From the NCBI GenBank assembly GCA_029907545.1, contig JARYLR010000003.1, positions 23,090 through 87,089 of the forward strand: DNA of 64,000 nt. The letters run 5' to 3'. The stretch comes from Candidatus Bathyarchaeota archaeon (GTDB taxonomy: Archaea; Thermoproteota; Bathyarchaeia; Bathyarchaeales; Bathycorpusculaceae). The position numbers were made by a program, and so were the translations under genes. Under the pieces are notes generated by a model. It was not told the origin of the DNA, did not search any database, and saw only the letters and a list, made by a program, of their open reading frames with translations. Below, piece after piece: positions 38,558 through 48,579 of the stretch (within the stretch, counting starts at the first letter, position 1; each line of letters begins with the position of its first letter).

Positions 38558-40315
38558 TCAAATCGGAGCGCCCAAAGCGTCGAAGCCTATCTTCTTCCTA
38601 AAGTATCGGTGCAAAAGTTGCGGCAGATCCTTGCTTGGACTTCTCACCTGCTTCCAAGAGTCGCGGTCTCTGACGGTTACTGTACCATCTTTCAACGTAT
38701 CATAATCCACAGTTACGCCTAGGGGTATGCCAACCTCGTCCGCGCGAGCGTAGCGTCTCCCTATAGACCCAGCCTCATCATACTCGGCTACAAAGCCTTC
38801 GTCAACAAGCTCTCTGCAAAGCGCTAAGGCTTTTTCAGGCAAGCCGTCTTTGCTTACCAACGGATACACGCCTAGCTGGATAGGAGCAATGTCTGGTGGA
38901 AAGTTTAGTAAGGCTCTGTCCTCTTTGGCGCGGTAAGCATACTCGAGAGCCACATAGAGCAGTCTATCTGATCCGAAGCTTGGTTCGACAACATGGGGAA
39001 TGAAGCGTCTGCCTCTTTCCACGGTTTTCTGCCGTAAAACGTTGATATGTTCGGGCAGTATCTTGTATTTTCCAATTTTGAAGAAGCCCTCTTTCTTCAG
39101 CGACACTTCAACCTCTTGCGGATCAGCCTTGGACAGCAATTCGGCAACTTTGCCAGCCTCATTTTTGAAGACAGGCCCAAGGTTAGCCATCAGAGGTTTG
39201 ATTACCAGCTGTTCTCTCTCAACTGGTTTTTCATATTCTTTGAAAACACACATGTCCACACCGCTGGATTCAGCGTGCTGCTTGAGGTCATAGTCGCCTC
39301 GGTATGCGTGACCAGAAACCTCAACCCAGCCCCAGCGTTCAACGAGAACCTGCTGGTCAAAGCTTTGACTTGAGTAGTGAGCTCTTTCCCAAGGAAGCTT
39401 CTCGATGAAACGTTGATTTTCAGCAGAAACCCCTAACTCGATTAGCAGTTTCTTAGCGTACGCCATAAAAACTGCATGCCACTCCGACTTCACGTAGCCT
39501 TTCTTCAAAGCCTCGGCAACGGAAACCTCGGTTATCTTCTCAGAGCCTTTCAGCCGGTGCTCTGCCAAAACAAGCCTCAACATCTCATCTTTGACTTCTT
39601 TCAGAAGATGGCAATCTGGCTCTTCAGGATCAAAAAAGAACTCCAAATCAGCTATGGTGAACTCTCTCACACGCAGCAATCCCTGTCTAGGAGAAATCTC
39701 GTTTCGCAAGGCATGACCTATCTGCAGGACACCAAAGGGAATTTTCTCACGCGCCATCTCGTAGAGCCGTCTGAACTCCACAAAAATCCCCTGCGCAGCC
39801 TCTGGTCTCCCATAGCCGACAGCCTCAGAATACGGGCCAATAGTCGTCTTAAACATCGTAAGAAACTGCTTAGGCTCGCCTAACGCTCCACCGCACTCTG
39901 GGCACTGAATGCTGTTTTTCTTTAGTGTCTCGCTTAGCTCATCCAAGCTCATTTTTTCAGCTTCAGCTTCGCTGACTCCTGCCACTTCTTCAAGAAGATG
40001 GTCGGCGCGGAACCTTTTCTTGCATTTCACGCATTCAACCATAGGCTCTCTGAAATGCTCAACGTGCCCCGAAGCCACGAAGACTTTTTCAGGAGTTATC
40101 ACCGGCGACTCTATTTCCAGCACTCCCAGTTTGTCAACAAAAAGCTCGCGGAGCTTTCGCTCAATGTTCTGTTTAAGTCTCGCTCCAAGCGGACCATAGG
40201 TCGCAAAGCCGCTTACACCGCCGTAGATCTCATAAGACTGCCAGTAAAAGCCTCTGCGGCGAGCCAGCTCGCTGATGATTGTAAACTTGTCTTGCTTTCT
40301 GGTTTCTTCCTTCAT
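38558..40315 (-). CDS. glyS: glycine--tRNA ligase (archaeal/eukaryotic alpha2 type)
   Basis: 585 aa. The N-terminus is ELARRRGFYWQSYEIYGGVSGFATYGPLGARLKQNI. Motif 2 is GHALRNEISPRQGLLRVREFTIADLEFF. It has a C-terminal anticodon-binding domain. Confidence 0.93.
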   Translation of the reverse strand: MKEETRKQDKFTIISELARRRGFYWQSYEIYGGVSGFATYGPLGARLKQNIERKLRELFVDKLGVLEIESPVITPEKVFVASGHVEHFREPMVECVKCKKRFRADHLLEEVAGVSEAEAEKMSLDELSETLKKNSIQCPECGGALGEPKQFLTMFKTTIGPYSEAVGYGRPEAAQGIFVEFRRLYEMAREKIPFGVLQIGHALRNEISPRQGLLRVREFTIADLEFFFDPEEPDCHLLKEVKDEMLRLVLAEHRLKGSEKITEVSVAEALKKGYVKSEWHAVFMAYAKKLLIELGVSAENQRFIEKLPWERAHYSSQSFDQQVLVERWGWVEVSGHAYRGDYDLKQHAESSGVDMCVFKEYEKPVEREQLVIKPLMANLGPVFKNEAGKVAELLSKADPQEVEVSLKKEGFFKIGKYKILPEHINVLRQKTVERGRRFIPHVVEPSFGSDRLLYVALEYAYRAKEDRALLNFPPDIAPIQLGVYPLVSKDGLPEKALALCRELVDEGFVAEYDEAGSIGRRYARADEVGIPLGVTVDYDTLKDGTVTVRDRDSWKQVRSPSKDLPQLLHRYFRKKIGFDALGAPI

Positions 40316-40397
40316 CTCTAATCCAGCTTTCCAGAGTTGCGTCTAAAGGCTTTAAGGCTTACTTGATAATAAATCTTCAACGGTTGCGCGGTGACCG

Positions 40398-41456
40398 ATG
40401 TTGCGTGTCTTGACCTATCAAGAGTTGCTTGACTTAGTGGATGGCGCGGCGATATTTTCTTCAGGTGGGGGAGGTAGCAGTGAAGGAGGCTATGGAATAG
40501 CAGACAAGCTGGCGTCAGAAGGATACAAGGTTAGACTTGTTGCCCCGTCCGAAGTGCCGGACGAAGCCAGAGTTGTGAACTTTGCTTGTGTCGGCGCGAC
40601 AACAGCGCTGGACTATGATTCCGAAGCCGCAGTGAAGACTCTGAAAACCTTGGAAGAGTATGCTGGCTTTTCGGCTTTCGCAACGATCCCTGTGGAACTG
40701 GGCGGATTCAACACGCTAGCCGCCGTAGATGTGGCTGCCAGACACAGCATTCCGGTGACCGACGCGGATGGAGCTGGCAGAGCCGTTCCGGAAGTCCACT
40801 TGAAAGTTTATACGATAGATGATATACCGCTGACGCCTATGGTTGCCGCAGACGCACACGCAAAAAACATGGTCATCATCAAAGAAGCAGCTAACTTCAG
40901 AACCGCAGAAAGAATAGCTCGCACCCTCGCCACAGAATGGAATCACTCTGCTTATACTGCTAGGAGAATACTGACAGGCGCTCAGGTGAAGACTTCACCT
41001 ATTCAGCTAAGCCTCTCAAGATGCATCCGGCTGGGCAAGATTCTTCGAAAGGCAGTAGAGCCTCTGAAAGCAGTCTTGAAAGAAACAAGCGGAACCAAAC
41101 TTTTCGAAGGCGTCGTCAAAGATGTCAGGCAAGAAACGCAAGGCGGGTTCACATTCGTCAATGTTCAGCTTGCAGGAACAGCGGAATACTCGACAAGTCT
41201 GTTTGAGATGAAGGCAAAAAATGAAGTGCTTGCCGCCTACAGGGATGGAGGGCTTGTAGCCATCGCCCCAGACATCATTACTCCAGTGTCTCCTGAAACT
41301 GGAAAATGCGCTACAGCAGAGAAAATCGAAAAAGATGACAAGCTAGCCGTAATAGGTTTGCCTGCGCCTGAAAAATGGCGAACAAGGAAAGGACTTGAGC
41401 TTTGGAAAGACGTTCTCTTGCGAACAGGAATTAATGAAAACTACGTCCCACTCTAA
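40398..41456 (+). CDS. DUF917-family protein
   Basis: 352 aa. The N-terminal GAAIFSSGGGGS motif and overall length fit DUF917 (hydantoinase-associated family). Confidence 0.65.
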   Translation: MLRVLTYQELLDLVDGAAIFSSGGGGSSEGGYGIADKLASEGYKVRLVAPSEVPDEARVVNFACVGATTALDYDSEAAVKTLKTLEEYAGFSAFATIPVELGGFNTLAAVDVAARHSIPVTDADGAGRAVPEVHLKVYTIDDIPLTPMVAADAHAKNMVIIKEAANFRTAERIARTLATEWNHSAYTARRILTGAQVKTSPIQLSLSRCIRLGKILRKAVEPLKAVLKETSGTKLFEGVVKDVRQETQGGFTFVNVQLAGTAEYSTSLFEMKAKNEVLAAYRDGGLVAIAPDIITPVSPETGKCATAEKIEKDDKLAVIGLPAPEKWRTRKGLELWKDVLLRTGINENYVPL

Positions 41457-41556
41457 GCAATAAACCTAGCATCAGTCAGCAATGCAGATGGACACAGACG
41501 CAGCGTAGCATTTTATAAGGTAATTGCCAAGATAAAGCAGTCAAGGTGCAGAAAGC

Positions 41557-42609
41557 TTGCCGAAGATAAAGATCGCGTTAATCGGAGTCGGCAACTGTGC
41601 TTCAGCGCTGGTTCAAGGCTTACACTACTATTCAAACGGCGAAGAAGAGAAAAACTGCATAGGATTGCGCCATCTCCGTCTCGGAGGGCTTCATCCAAGA
41701 GACATCAAGGTTGTTGCCGCATTTGACATTGACAACCGAAAAGTGGGAAGAGACCTTTCTGAAGCGATTTTTGCCCCGCCAAACAACACTCAAAAAATCG
41801 TAGACACCCCTTTGTCCAATGTAGTCGTACATAAAGGGCCTGTTATGGATGGCATTGGCGAATACACTCGCAGCATTGTTCACGTAAGTCGCGAACCAGA
41901 AGCAGATGTCGCAAGCATTTTGAAAGAAACCGACGCAGACATGGCTGTCAATCTTCTTCCAAGCGGAGCAGTGAAAGCCTCAGAATACTACGCAGAGCAA
42001 GCGCTCGCAGCCGGATGCGCCTTCATAAATGCTACTCCGTGCTTTATTGCAAGCGATGCTGCTTGGACTAGGCGCTTTGAGAAGGCGGACCAGATTCTTG
42101 TGGGAGATGACCTAATCGACCAAGTAGGCGCGACAACCATACATAAAACGCTGCTCAGGCTTCTTTCCACCAATGGTGTTCGGATAACTGAGACGTACCA
42201 GCTTGACGTTGGAGGAGGCACGGAATCGCTTGACACGCTCGAAAGGACAAAAGACCTTAAGCGGACAGTAAAAACCAAGTCCGTGGAAGCCACATTGCCA
42301 CACGAAGCCAAAGTCGTAGCAGGCTCAACTGACTACGTGGATTTTCTGGAGAACAAGCGAGACAGCTACTTCTGGATTAGAGGAGTATACTTCTGCAATA
42401 CGCTAATGCAAATAGACCTAAAACTTTCTACAGTTGACGCGCCGAACGCTGGCTCCGTATTGCTGGACGTGATAAGAGCCGTCAAAATAGCTGCAGACAG
42501 GAAACTAAAAGGCACGGTCTTGCCCATCTGCGCCTACGCCTTTAAGCATCCTCCCAAACTGGTGCCATTGGAAACAGCAGAAAAAACGTTTGCAGAATTC
42601 ATCAGCTAA
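41557..42609 (+). CDS. ino1: myo-inositol-1-phosphate synthase (Ino1 type)
   Basis: 350 aa with a TTG start. It matches the actinobacterial/archaeal Ino1 pattern: KIALIGVGNCASALVQGLHYY, VVAAFDIDNRKVGRDLSEAI, INATPCFIASD, GDDLIDQVGATTIHKTL, QLDVGGGTE. Confidence 0.85.
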   Translation: MPKIKIALIGVGNCASALVQGLHYYSNGEEEKNCIGLRHLRLGGLHPRDIKVVAAFDIDNRKVGRDLSEAIFAPPNNTQKIVDTPLSNVVVHKGPVMDGIGEYTRSIVHVSREPEADVASILKETDADMAVNLLPSGAVKASEYYAEQALAAGCAFINATPCFIASDAAWTRRFEKADQILVGDDLIDQVGATTIHKTLLRLLSTNGVRITETYQLDVGGGTESLDTLERTKDLKRTVKTKSVEATLPHEAKVVAGSTDYVDFLENKRDSYFWIRGVYFCNTLMQIDLKLSTVDAPNAGSVLLDVIRAVKIAADRKLKGTVLPICAYAFKHPPKLVPLETAEKTFAEFIS

Positions 42610-42613
42610 GCCC

Positions 42614-43720
42614 TTATTTAGCAAGCTTCTCTAGTTCTCGTCGAACCTTGGTTTTTAATCCCGTCTGTCCGAGTCTTTCTTTAAGCACCGTGATAGTTCT
42701 TACTGGAGTTGGGTCTATCCCGCGAAGCACGGCAAGATACACGCTTACGAAATCTCCGACGCAAACAGCCGAAGACATCTTTGCCAATGAGCCTTTGCCA
42801 AACACTTGAACTGTGAACGTTTTCACAGATTTTGCATCAATCAGTTCGCTTGTCACCTTGATCCTCTGCCATAGCGCCTTAGGTTCAAATCCGTCTCGGA
42901 TAAGAATAACCGAGAAGAGACGGGCAAGTTCCTCAGCCCTTTCCCAGCCTACTATCTCATTATGGTCAAGCTCCGGAAAGAACTCCCATTTCGCAGGAAT
43001 CTTGCTGTTTTCATTCAACTGAGTCTTAAAGCGCTGAGCAGCAGCTCGATAAAGACCGAAACCGTAGATGACTGGGATGGTTCCACTGATATTTGTGGCT
43101 AAAGTCTTGGAGAAATTCTCTTTTAACGGCTTTTCAGGTCTGTTTAGATCGCTGACTTGTCTCAAGATTTTTATGGCTTCAGAAACCTCGGAAGCCACGC
43201 TGTTTACTAAACCAATCTTCTCCATCAAGATGGACAAAGGAATGAAAAGATAGGGAAGTGCTGCCCGCGGAGCCATTCCAGAGGGAACACGCACGCATGG
43301 CAAACCAAGTTTCTCAGCGAACTCCAAAAGTGATCCCCCAGAGCCTATTGCCACGATACTGCACTTCCGCTTGACTGCATCGAGGAACACGCTAAGCGAT
43401 TCCTCTGTTTCTCCCGAATAGCTGATAACAAAAACCAGCGTGCCTTTGTCAGCGTAGGCTGGAAGAGAATATTCCCTGCAGATCTCGATGGGAACTGTGA
43501 GCTTGTCTCTGAACCAGTCTTTGAAAAGCTCGCCTCCTATGGCTGAGCCGCCCATTCCAGCAACAATTACGGATTCTGGTCTAGGATAGTCCAGCAAAGT
43601 TTCCTTAGCCAATGCTGTTGCTTGCTCATAATGCCTTGAGCAGTTGACACAGTGAGCCAGCATATTGCTCTTGTCGATCTTTCTAATCTTTTCAAGATCA
43701 TCTAGAACAGTTGTTTTCAA
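42614..43720 (-). CDS. bifunctional phosphoglucose/phosphomannose isomerase (SIS domain)
   Basis: 368 aa. SIS motifs are GMGGSAIGG and VISYSGETEE. The C-terminal half is typical of archaeal PGI/PMI. Confidence 0.78.
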   Translation of the reverse strand: MKTTVLDDLEKIRKIDKSNMLAHCVNCSRHYEQATALAKETLLDYPRPESVIVAGMGGSAIGGELFKDWFRDKLTVPIEICREYSLPAYADKGTLVFVISYSGETEESLSVFLDAVKRKCSIVAIGSGGSLLEFAEKLGLPCVRVPSGMAPRAALPYLFIPLSILMEKIGLVNSVASEVSEAIKILRQVSDLNRPEKPLKENFSKTLATNISGTIPVIYGFGLYRAAAQRFKTQLNENSKIPAKWEFFPELDHNEIVGWERAEELARLFSVILIRDGFEPKALWQRIKVTSELIDAKSVKTFTVQVFGKGSLAKMSSAVCVGDFVSVYLAVLRGIDPTPVRTITVLKERLGQTGLKTKVRRELEKLAK

Positions 43721-43819
43721 GTTCGATCACACCATCGCACTTGTTGTAAGTCTTATATCATGCCTTAAGCTTTTAAACAGAACGAAGCCAACCGAAACGA
43801 AAGCTTCGAGGACAAACGA

Positions 43820-44677
43820 TTGAACAAAAAAAGAATCGCCATAGCGATACCTGCCTCCGTAGTCTCGGATACACCGCATTTACGCGAGAAAACCTCAAAA
43901 ATAGGTTTTATCGGCAGAGCAGCCGCGATTTTCCGTATCGAAGAGATCATCGTGTATTCAGATAACCTCCATGTAAATCAGTCCGTGGACATGGATCTGG
44001 TTGCGACGTTGCTCGCTTACATGGAGACCCCTCAGTATCTGCGCAAGAAACTCTTTAGACTTAGACCTGAACTGCAGTACGCGGGCATATTGCCGCCTTT
44101 GCGAACACGTCACCACCCATTGAACCGTAGAGCCAAAGACCTAAAGCTGGGAGAACATCGGGAAGGCATCACCTTGCCAACCAGCAAAGAAGGCACGCTT
44201 ATCGACATAGGTGTCGAGCAACCAGCACTACTGCCAAAAGAAAAGCTAATAGCAAACAAACGAGTAACAGTTAAAGTTGTATCCACCAAACTGCCGCGAG
44301 TTTTCGTAGAGCTAGTAGACCGAACCCAGATCACTGATTACTGGGGTTACTTGGTCACAGCAGAAAAACAGCCTCTTGGACAGATAATAACGCAGAGAGG
44401 CTTTGACTTGATCATCGCCACCTCTAGGCTTGGGACTCCCTTAAAAGGCGTGGCTGAGGAAATCGGTGAGAGATGGCAAAAAGCGAAGAGCATTCTTGTG
44501 GCGTTTGGAAGCCCGTCTCAGGGGCTACATGAAATAGTGAGGCATGAAGGTCTTAAACTTGAAGAGATGGCTGATTTCACGGTTAATATGATTCCATTGC
44601 AGGGTACGGAAACCGTGCGTACCGAAGAGGCCCTTATGGCAACTCTGGCAATTTTCAACATGTATTTCCCCTTATAA
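43820..44677 (+). CDS. SPOUT-superfamily putative RNA methyltransferase (DUF171/COG2106)
   Basis: 285 aa with a TTG start. The N-terminus IAIPASVVSDTPHLREKTSKIGFIGRAAAIFRIEEIIVY and the C-terminal LVAFGSPSQGL match this family. Confidence 0.68.
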   Translation: MNKKRIAIAIPASVVSDTPHLREKTSKIGFIGRAAAIFRIEEIIVYSDNLHVNQSVDMDLVATLLAYMETPQYLRKKLFRLRPELQYAGILPPLRTRHHPLNRRAKDLKLGEHREGITLPTSKEGTLIDIGVEQPALLPKEKLIANKRVTVKVVSTKLPRVFVELVDRTQITDYWGYLVTAEKQPLGQIITQRGFDLIIATSRLGTPLKGVAEEIGERWQKAKSILVAFGSPSQGLHEIVRHEGLKLEEMADFTVNMIPLQGTETVRTEEALMATLAIFNMYFPL

Positions 44678-44700
44678 AGAGCTAGCGCGCTTTCTCGAAG

Positions 44701-45768
44701 ATGGAGTGGCTCTTCTTCGAGGATAAAGGATTAAATGCCTGTTTCAGCTATGTGTGCGGTATGTATTTCGACGTCGCCATGCCTCTTACGCTTTTCGCGG
44801 TTGTTTTAGCCTCAATCTTTTTGGATAAAAAGGCTGAGAAAAAGCTGAAGGCAACGTTGGAAGAGAAGAAATTTCAAACGCGCGACGCAGTGATGCTTGT
44901 CGCCTCGATAAGTGTAGCGGTCTCACTTGTAGTGTATGTTCCACAGATGGCTATCGTGATTATGTTTCTTTTCGCCTATTCCATGCTACTTTTCATTTTC
45001 ACTTATCTTTTTTCAGACGTAAAGAAGCTTAGAGCTCAGCTGTTTCTGCTGTTGTCGATCGGAATCTGCCTTTTGGCTGTATTAGCAAGCTGGTTGGGCT
45101 TCATAACAGATGAAGCGATGGCTTATTGGGCTCTATACTATTTTGGGTCTCTAGCAGCCTTGGCTGCGGTCGCTGCCGTTTATGAATCTAAGCGAGTTGA
45201 CGAAAAAGAGAGATGGTATATTGCGGCTTTGCCGCCTACCATGTTTGTTGGCTTGTACCTGTTTTTCAGCCAATCGCCCCTGTGGTTTCCTTACCTACTG
45301 AACGTGTATGGAATAGTCTTCGCGTTACTGATTATCCTCTACTTGGGAAGCCTCTTCACTTGGAAAACCTCACTTGTCTTCGCGGTGCTTATCACGATCA
45401 TGGATATCATTCTCGTGTTGTTTACTGGAACAATGGTTTCTGCTGCCAAGCAGGTTTCAGGTCTGATGCTGCCCATTCTGGTTTCGATGCCCACGGTGCC
45501 AGAAATAATGTTAGAAGGGCGCAGGCTTTACATGTCTCTAGGTTTAGGAGACTTTTTCTTCGCAGGGCTTCTCACAGTGCAAGCGCTAAGAAGATATGGA
45601 AAAGCTTCCGCTCTTCTGTCCCTTGCTGCGATGGCGATTTCGTTCTTCATTTTTGAGATTCTTATGCTCAATTTCGAGTGGCAAGCACTTCCAGGCACTT
45701 TAATGATCATCTGCGGCTGGGCACCAATAGCACTAGGCGCGGAAATTGCCAGAAAAATGAAACTTTAG
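44701..45768 (+). CDS. polytopic membrane protein, presenilin/signal-peptide-peptidase-like (GxGD aspartyl protease family, tentative)
   Basis: 355 aa with about 9 TM helices. LGLGDFFFAGLL is a GxGD motif in a TM helix. A candidate first Asp lies in LITIMDIILV. The start may be a later Met (MYFDVAMPL). Confidence 0.5.
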   Translation: MEWLFFEDKGLNACFSYVCGMYFDVAMPLTLFAVVLASIFLDKKAEKKLKATLEEKKFQTRDAVMLVASISVAVSLVVYVPQMAIVIMFLFAYSMLLFIFTYLFSDVKKLRAQLFLLLSIGICLLAVLASWLGFITDEAMAYWALYYFGSLAALAAVAAVYESKRVDEKERWYIAALPPTMFVGLYLFFSQSPLWFPYLLNVYGIVFALLIILYLGSLFTWKTSLVFAVLITIMDIILVLFTGTMVSAAKQVSGLMLPILVSMPTVPEIMLEGRRLYMSLGLGDFFFAGLLTVQALRRYGKASALLSLAAMAISFFIFEILMLNFEWQALPGTLMIICGWAPIALGAEIARKMKL

Positions 45769-46428
45769 CCTTTTTCCTCCTTTGGCTTAGTATTGGCTAC
45801 TGGTGTTAGGATCACTACTGTTCAGTCTCCTATTCAAGAAGTATATAAACCATATGAACAATTTAAGATCCTACAGCAACTAGGTCTCTGATCAATGTCC
45901 AGAGTTTCCGTCTTTGTCTTTGAACTGTAACACCGTCTTCTGTTCTAACGACTCCCCGTATTCTTGCTATTTCTCAGGTAGAGCTAGTTCATTTGCCGTT
46001 TTGGCGACTTCTTCCGATATTGCTTTTGCCTTTAGTTTTCTTATGAAGCGGGCCAGCTATTGCAATGAATGAGAGTGTCTCTGCCATTTTGCCATCTTCC
46101 AGTAGACCAAGTTGCTATTCTTACTGTGTAGCGATGTTCATAGTTGCTGTAGTCCGGCACATATGCGAAATCTGTCAAGCCATGCATACTCGCCCGTTGA
46201 TGCCTCATTGTATCAAGTTTTTTAGAGTGCAAACCAGTATCATCATTAGTCTAAGGTTAACGCCTTTCTAGGTAATACAGATTATCAGATGTTCATTTAT
46301 TCTAATTTTTCTGCCTTGTTTGTCTTCGATTTTCTTATCTACTAGCGAATCAAGTATGGGAATTTGAAGTAGACTAACATTAAGTTCTTGCCTTATTTTT
46401 GCTTTTTCCGGTTAGACGTATTTAGCCT

Positions 46429-46671
46429 TTAGAAGTTATGTGACACGAGTTGATTATTTTTAGATATAATAAATAACGAAATTAAAAACGCAATCATGCC
46501 CGCAACTATCCAAATAATGCTGTTCCAGATAATACGACGCCACTCTTCGTTAGAAATTTCTTTTAGAATACTAATCGTAAAAAATCCGTTAAACCCTAAA
46601 CCTAAGCATAAAACCGTTACAAGAATCGAGGTCGAAACCGCTAATTCACTCCATTCCACGTTCCCTTTCAT
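46429..46671 (-). CDS. hypothetical small membrane protein (2 TM)
   Basis: 80-aa ORF with two hydrophobic helices in an AT-rich region. No family recognised. Confidence 0.35.
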   Translation of the reverse strand: MKGNVEWSELAVSTSILVTVLCLGLGFNGFFTISILKEISNEEWRRIIWNSIIWIVAGMIAFLISLFIISKNNQLVSHNF

Positions 46672-46905
46672 GCGCGTTCCTCCGTTTGTATCTTTTTTGG
46701 TTTTTCATTCTTAAATCTTTGTAGAGATTTATTCCAGTTCAGTTGAGTAGAACTTGGACTTTCAGTTTATCTTCTACCTTGAATGTTAAAACACTAGCAC
46801 TTCTCCAAAGCTAAGGATAATAGAAAAAGGAAGTTATTTCTTGTACTCGTAAAGGTGTGGCGCCCATCTGAGGTTCGTTTAACTCGTCTCCATTTCTCAA
46901 GTTTT

Positions 46906-47055
46906 TCAGAGCACTATAATTATATTAGATATCTCGGAGTATTCAGCTGTTTCTTCAGATGTTGTCTTAGCCTTCTTTAATTTGCTTTTCGTCCGCCATT
47001 CCCAAATGTTGATTCTAGCAATGGTCTCAGCCAATTCTATCCTTTCAGAAACCAT
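46906..47055 (-). pseudogene. truncated paralogue of the 67-aa gene immediately upstream
   Basis: Own translation: MVSERIELAETIARINIWEWRTKSKLKKAKTTSEETAEYSEISNIIIVL*. The segment RTKSKLKKAKTTSEETAEYSE parallels RRRAIKEIKEAGATSEDTAKTSEE of ORF 47064-47267. The DNA shares TCTTCAGATGTTG. Confidence 0.3.
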
Positions 47056-47063
47056 TGAAAAGA

Positions 47064-47267
47064 TTATTTCCTGTCTTCACAAGGAATATAATAGCGACGA
47101 TCTCTTGTCTTTTTGATATCTTTCATCGACGCTAGATATTGAAGGAATGATTCATCCATACCTAGTTCTTCACTTGTTTTGGCAGTATCTTCAGATGTTG
47201 CTCCTGCCTCCTTAATTTCTTTTATTGCTCGTCGTCTAGGATAATATGTAGCAAAGAACTCTGCCAT
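47064..47267 (-). CDS. small hypothetical protein (possible wHTH-like, ends with RRYYIP motif)
   Basis: 67-aa ORF 4 nt downstream of the 435-aa ORF. The pattern (A/G)ATSE-x-TAKTSEELG...RRYYI resembles small archaeal proteins I recall, but I cannot name the family. Confidence 0.45.
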   Translation of the reverse strand: MAEFFATYYPRRRAIKEIKEAGATSEDTAKTSEELGMDESFLQYLASMKDIKKTRDRRYYIPCEDRK

Positions 47268-47271
47268 TTAA

Positions 47272-48579
47272 TTACCCTCTGAGAAAACATGGAATGTGTA
47301 TTGTGGTCGTTATGTCTGCCAGTGCAAAGGGAACAGGCATAGGACCAAAATCAGTCCAATGCCACCATATGGCATCTAAGGTTGTTTTAAAAACAATCTT
47401 GATCAATCCGCAGTGTTTTCCCATGACAGTATTTAGCTTAAAGAACACAACATCGCTTTTGGTTTCCAGCGGACGCATTGTCCAATCCTTTTGGCTTTGA
47501 ACTTGATAATTATGGTCATCTGTAATTATCTGCTTAAATCGGGAAACCTGTTGACCCTCAGCGATTTTTATGGCAGTTGCTATTCCTTTAATGCCAAGCC
47601 CAACTGTTGCGCCGATTTTTGCAGGGGCTCCTGTTGGTAAAAGAGCACCTGACACGAACATTATTACTGTTCCTGTGTAATCCATCGTAGCTATTAGATC
47701 TGGTCTTACGAAACTATCGTGTTCTTCGTATTCTATGCCTTCGATCTCCAAAGCCGGAAAGCTATAGATTTCTATCATCGTGTTTCTTAGGCTAAACTCC
47801 CAATAATACCAAGGTGGATCCTCTTCTGTGCTAAAGTAGGTGTTTGTAAAGTTTAGTGTTATTCCAACATCATCCTCGGTTCCCGGTAGCAATGCCCACT
47901 CAGCCCACCCTAATCCTAATCCAACCTCGAAAATGCCGAGAGAACCTACATTAATCACTTGTCTGGTCTCAAAATATCTTTCGCTGAATTCTGGGTCGCT
48001 CTCCTCCTTCCACATTGACCCGCCGTAAAACATTGCACTGTCAATTGGATGTGCAGAACTAGGATCGAGTTGATTCAGATTTCCGATAGCACAGAATTTT
48101 GGTGGTTCGATTTTATTTCTTTGGTTTGTCCATGATATGTATTGGAAGTCTAGTACTCCAGATAGCCATATTTCTCCGAACGCGAAAGTCACCAAATGCT
48201 GGCCATATTGCCAGCTTAGTGGGTACATGAATCCGTCTCCCCAAGCATAGATGGCTCCGTACGACCCCATATTCCACATCCAATCCTGCCAAAGCAAACC
48301 AGCATCCACCATCACATCATCAATGTAATCATCAGCGTACCCTCCCAAAAAGAAGGTGCCGCCTGGAAAGCATGTCTGCGTTTTCACTATGTACCTAACG
48401 TCGTTGTCACCGCTGTTTGGCACATATACTCGAAACCTCACAAGCCAAGCTTTCTCTCCTGTTGCCGTTGCTACATGAAACTGCAGCTTTCCACCCCGCC
48501 ATCGCTCCACGAACTCAAACTCCAAAAGATGATAACCCCCTCCTAAGACGCCGAGACTGATGTTTGCCGGGGCTGGCAA
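47272..48579 (-). CDS. hypothetical secreted protein, C-terminal portion of a dockerin-bearing protein (or separate overlapping gene)
   Basis: 435-aa ORF with a TTG start overlapping the upstream ORF by 37 nt. The N-terminal part repeats a beta-sandwich-like pattern seen in the upstream ORF (FRVYVPNSGDNDVRYIVKTQ..GGTFFLGGYADDYIDDVMVDAGLL versus FEFNVPGDGEDEIYYYVYTR..SNTFYLWPSWVDDWILNVKVDNQL). Confidence 0.6.
   Translation of the reverse strand: MPAPANISLGVLGGGYHLLEFEFVERWRGGKLQFHVATATGEKAWLVRFRVYVPNSGDNDVRYIVKTQTCFPGGTFFLGGYADDYIDDVMVDAGLLWQDWMWNMGSYGAIYAWGDGFMYPLSWQYGQHLVTFAFGEIWLSGVLDFQYISWTNQRNKIEPPKFCAIGNLNQLDPSSAHPIDSAMFYGGSMWKEESDPEFSERYFETRQVINVGSLGIFEVGLGLGWAEWALLPGTEDDVGITLNFTNTYFSTEEDPPWYYWEFSLRNTMIEIYSFPALEIEGIEYEEHDSFVRPDLIATMDYTGTVIMFVSGALLPTGAPAKIGATVGLGIKGIATAIKIAEGQQVSRFKQIITDDHNYQVQSQKDWTMRPLETKSDVVFFKLNTVMGKHCGLIKIVFKTTLDAIWWHWTDFGPMPVPFALADITTTIHIPCFLRG

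Noticed and set aside
46041-46271. Two overlapping 63-68-aa ORFs on opposite strands in the AT-rich gap
   Set aside because: Neither has a recognisable family or an upstream signal. The minus-strand one is better explained as one fragment of a longer decayed gene (see the finding for 45769-47267), so it is not reported as a live CDS.
46270-46275. In-frame TAG within the decayed minus-strand ORF, considered as a possible pyrrolysine codon
   Set aside because: There are no pyl genes or methylamine methyltransferase context in the window. The surrounding reading frame is also broken by frameshifts, so a plain stop in a dead gene is far more likely.
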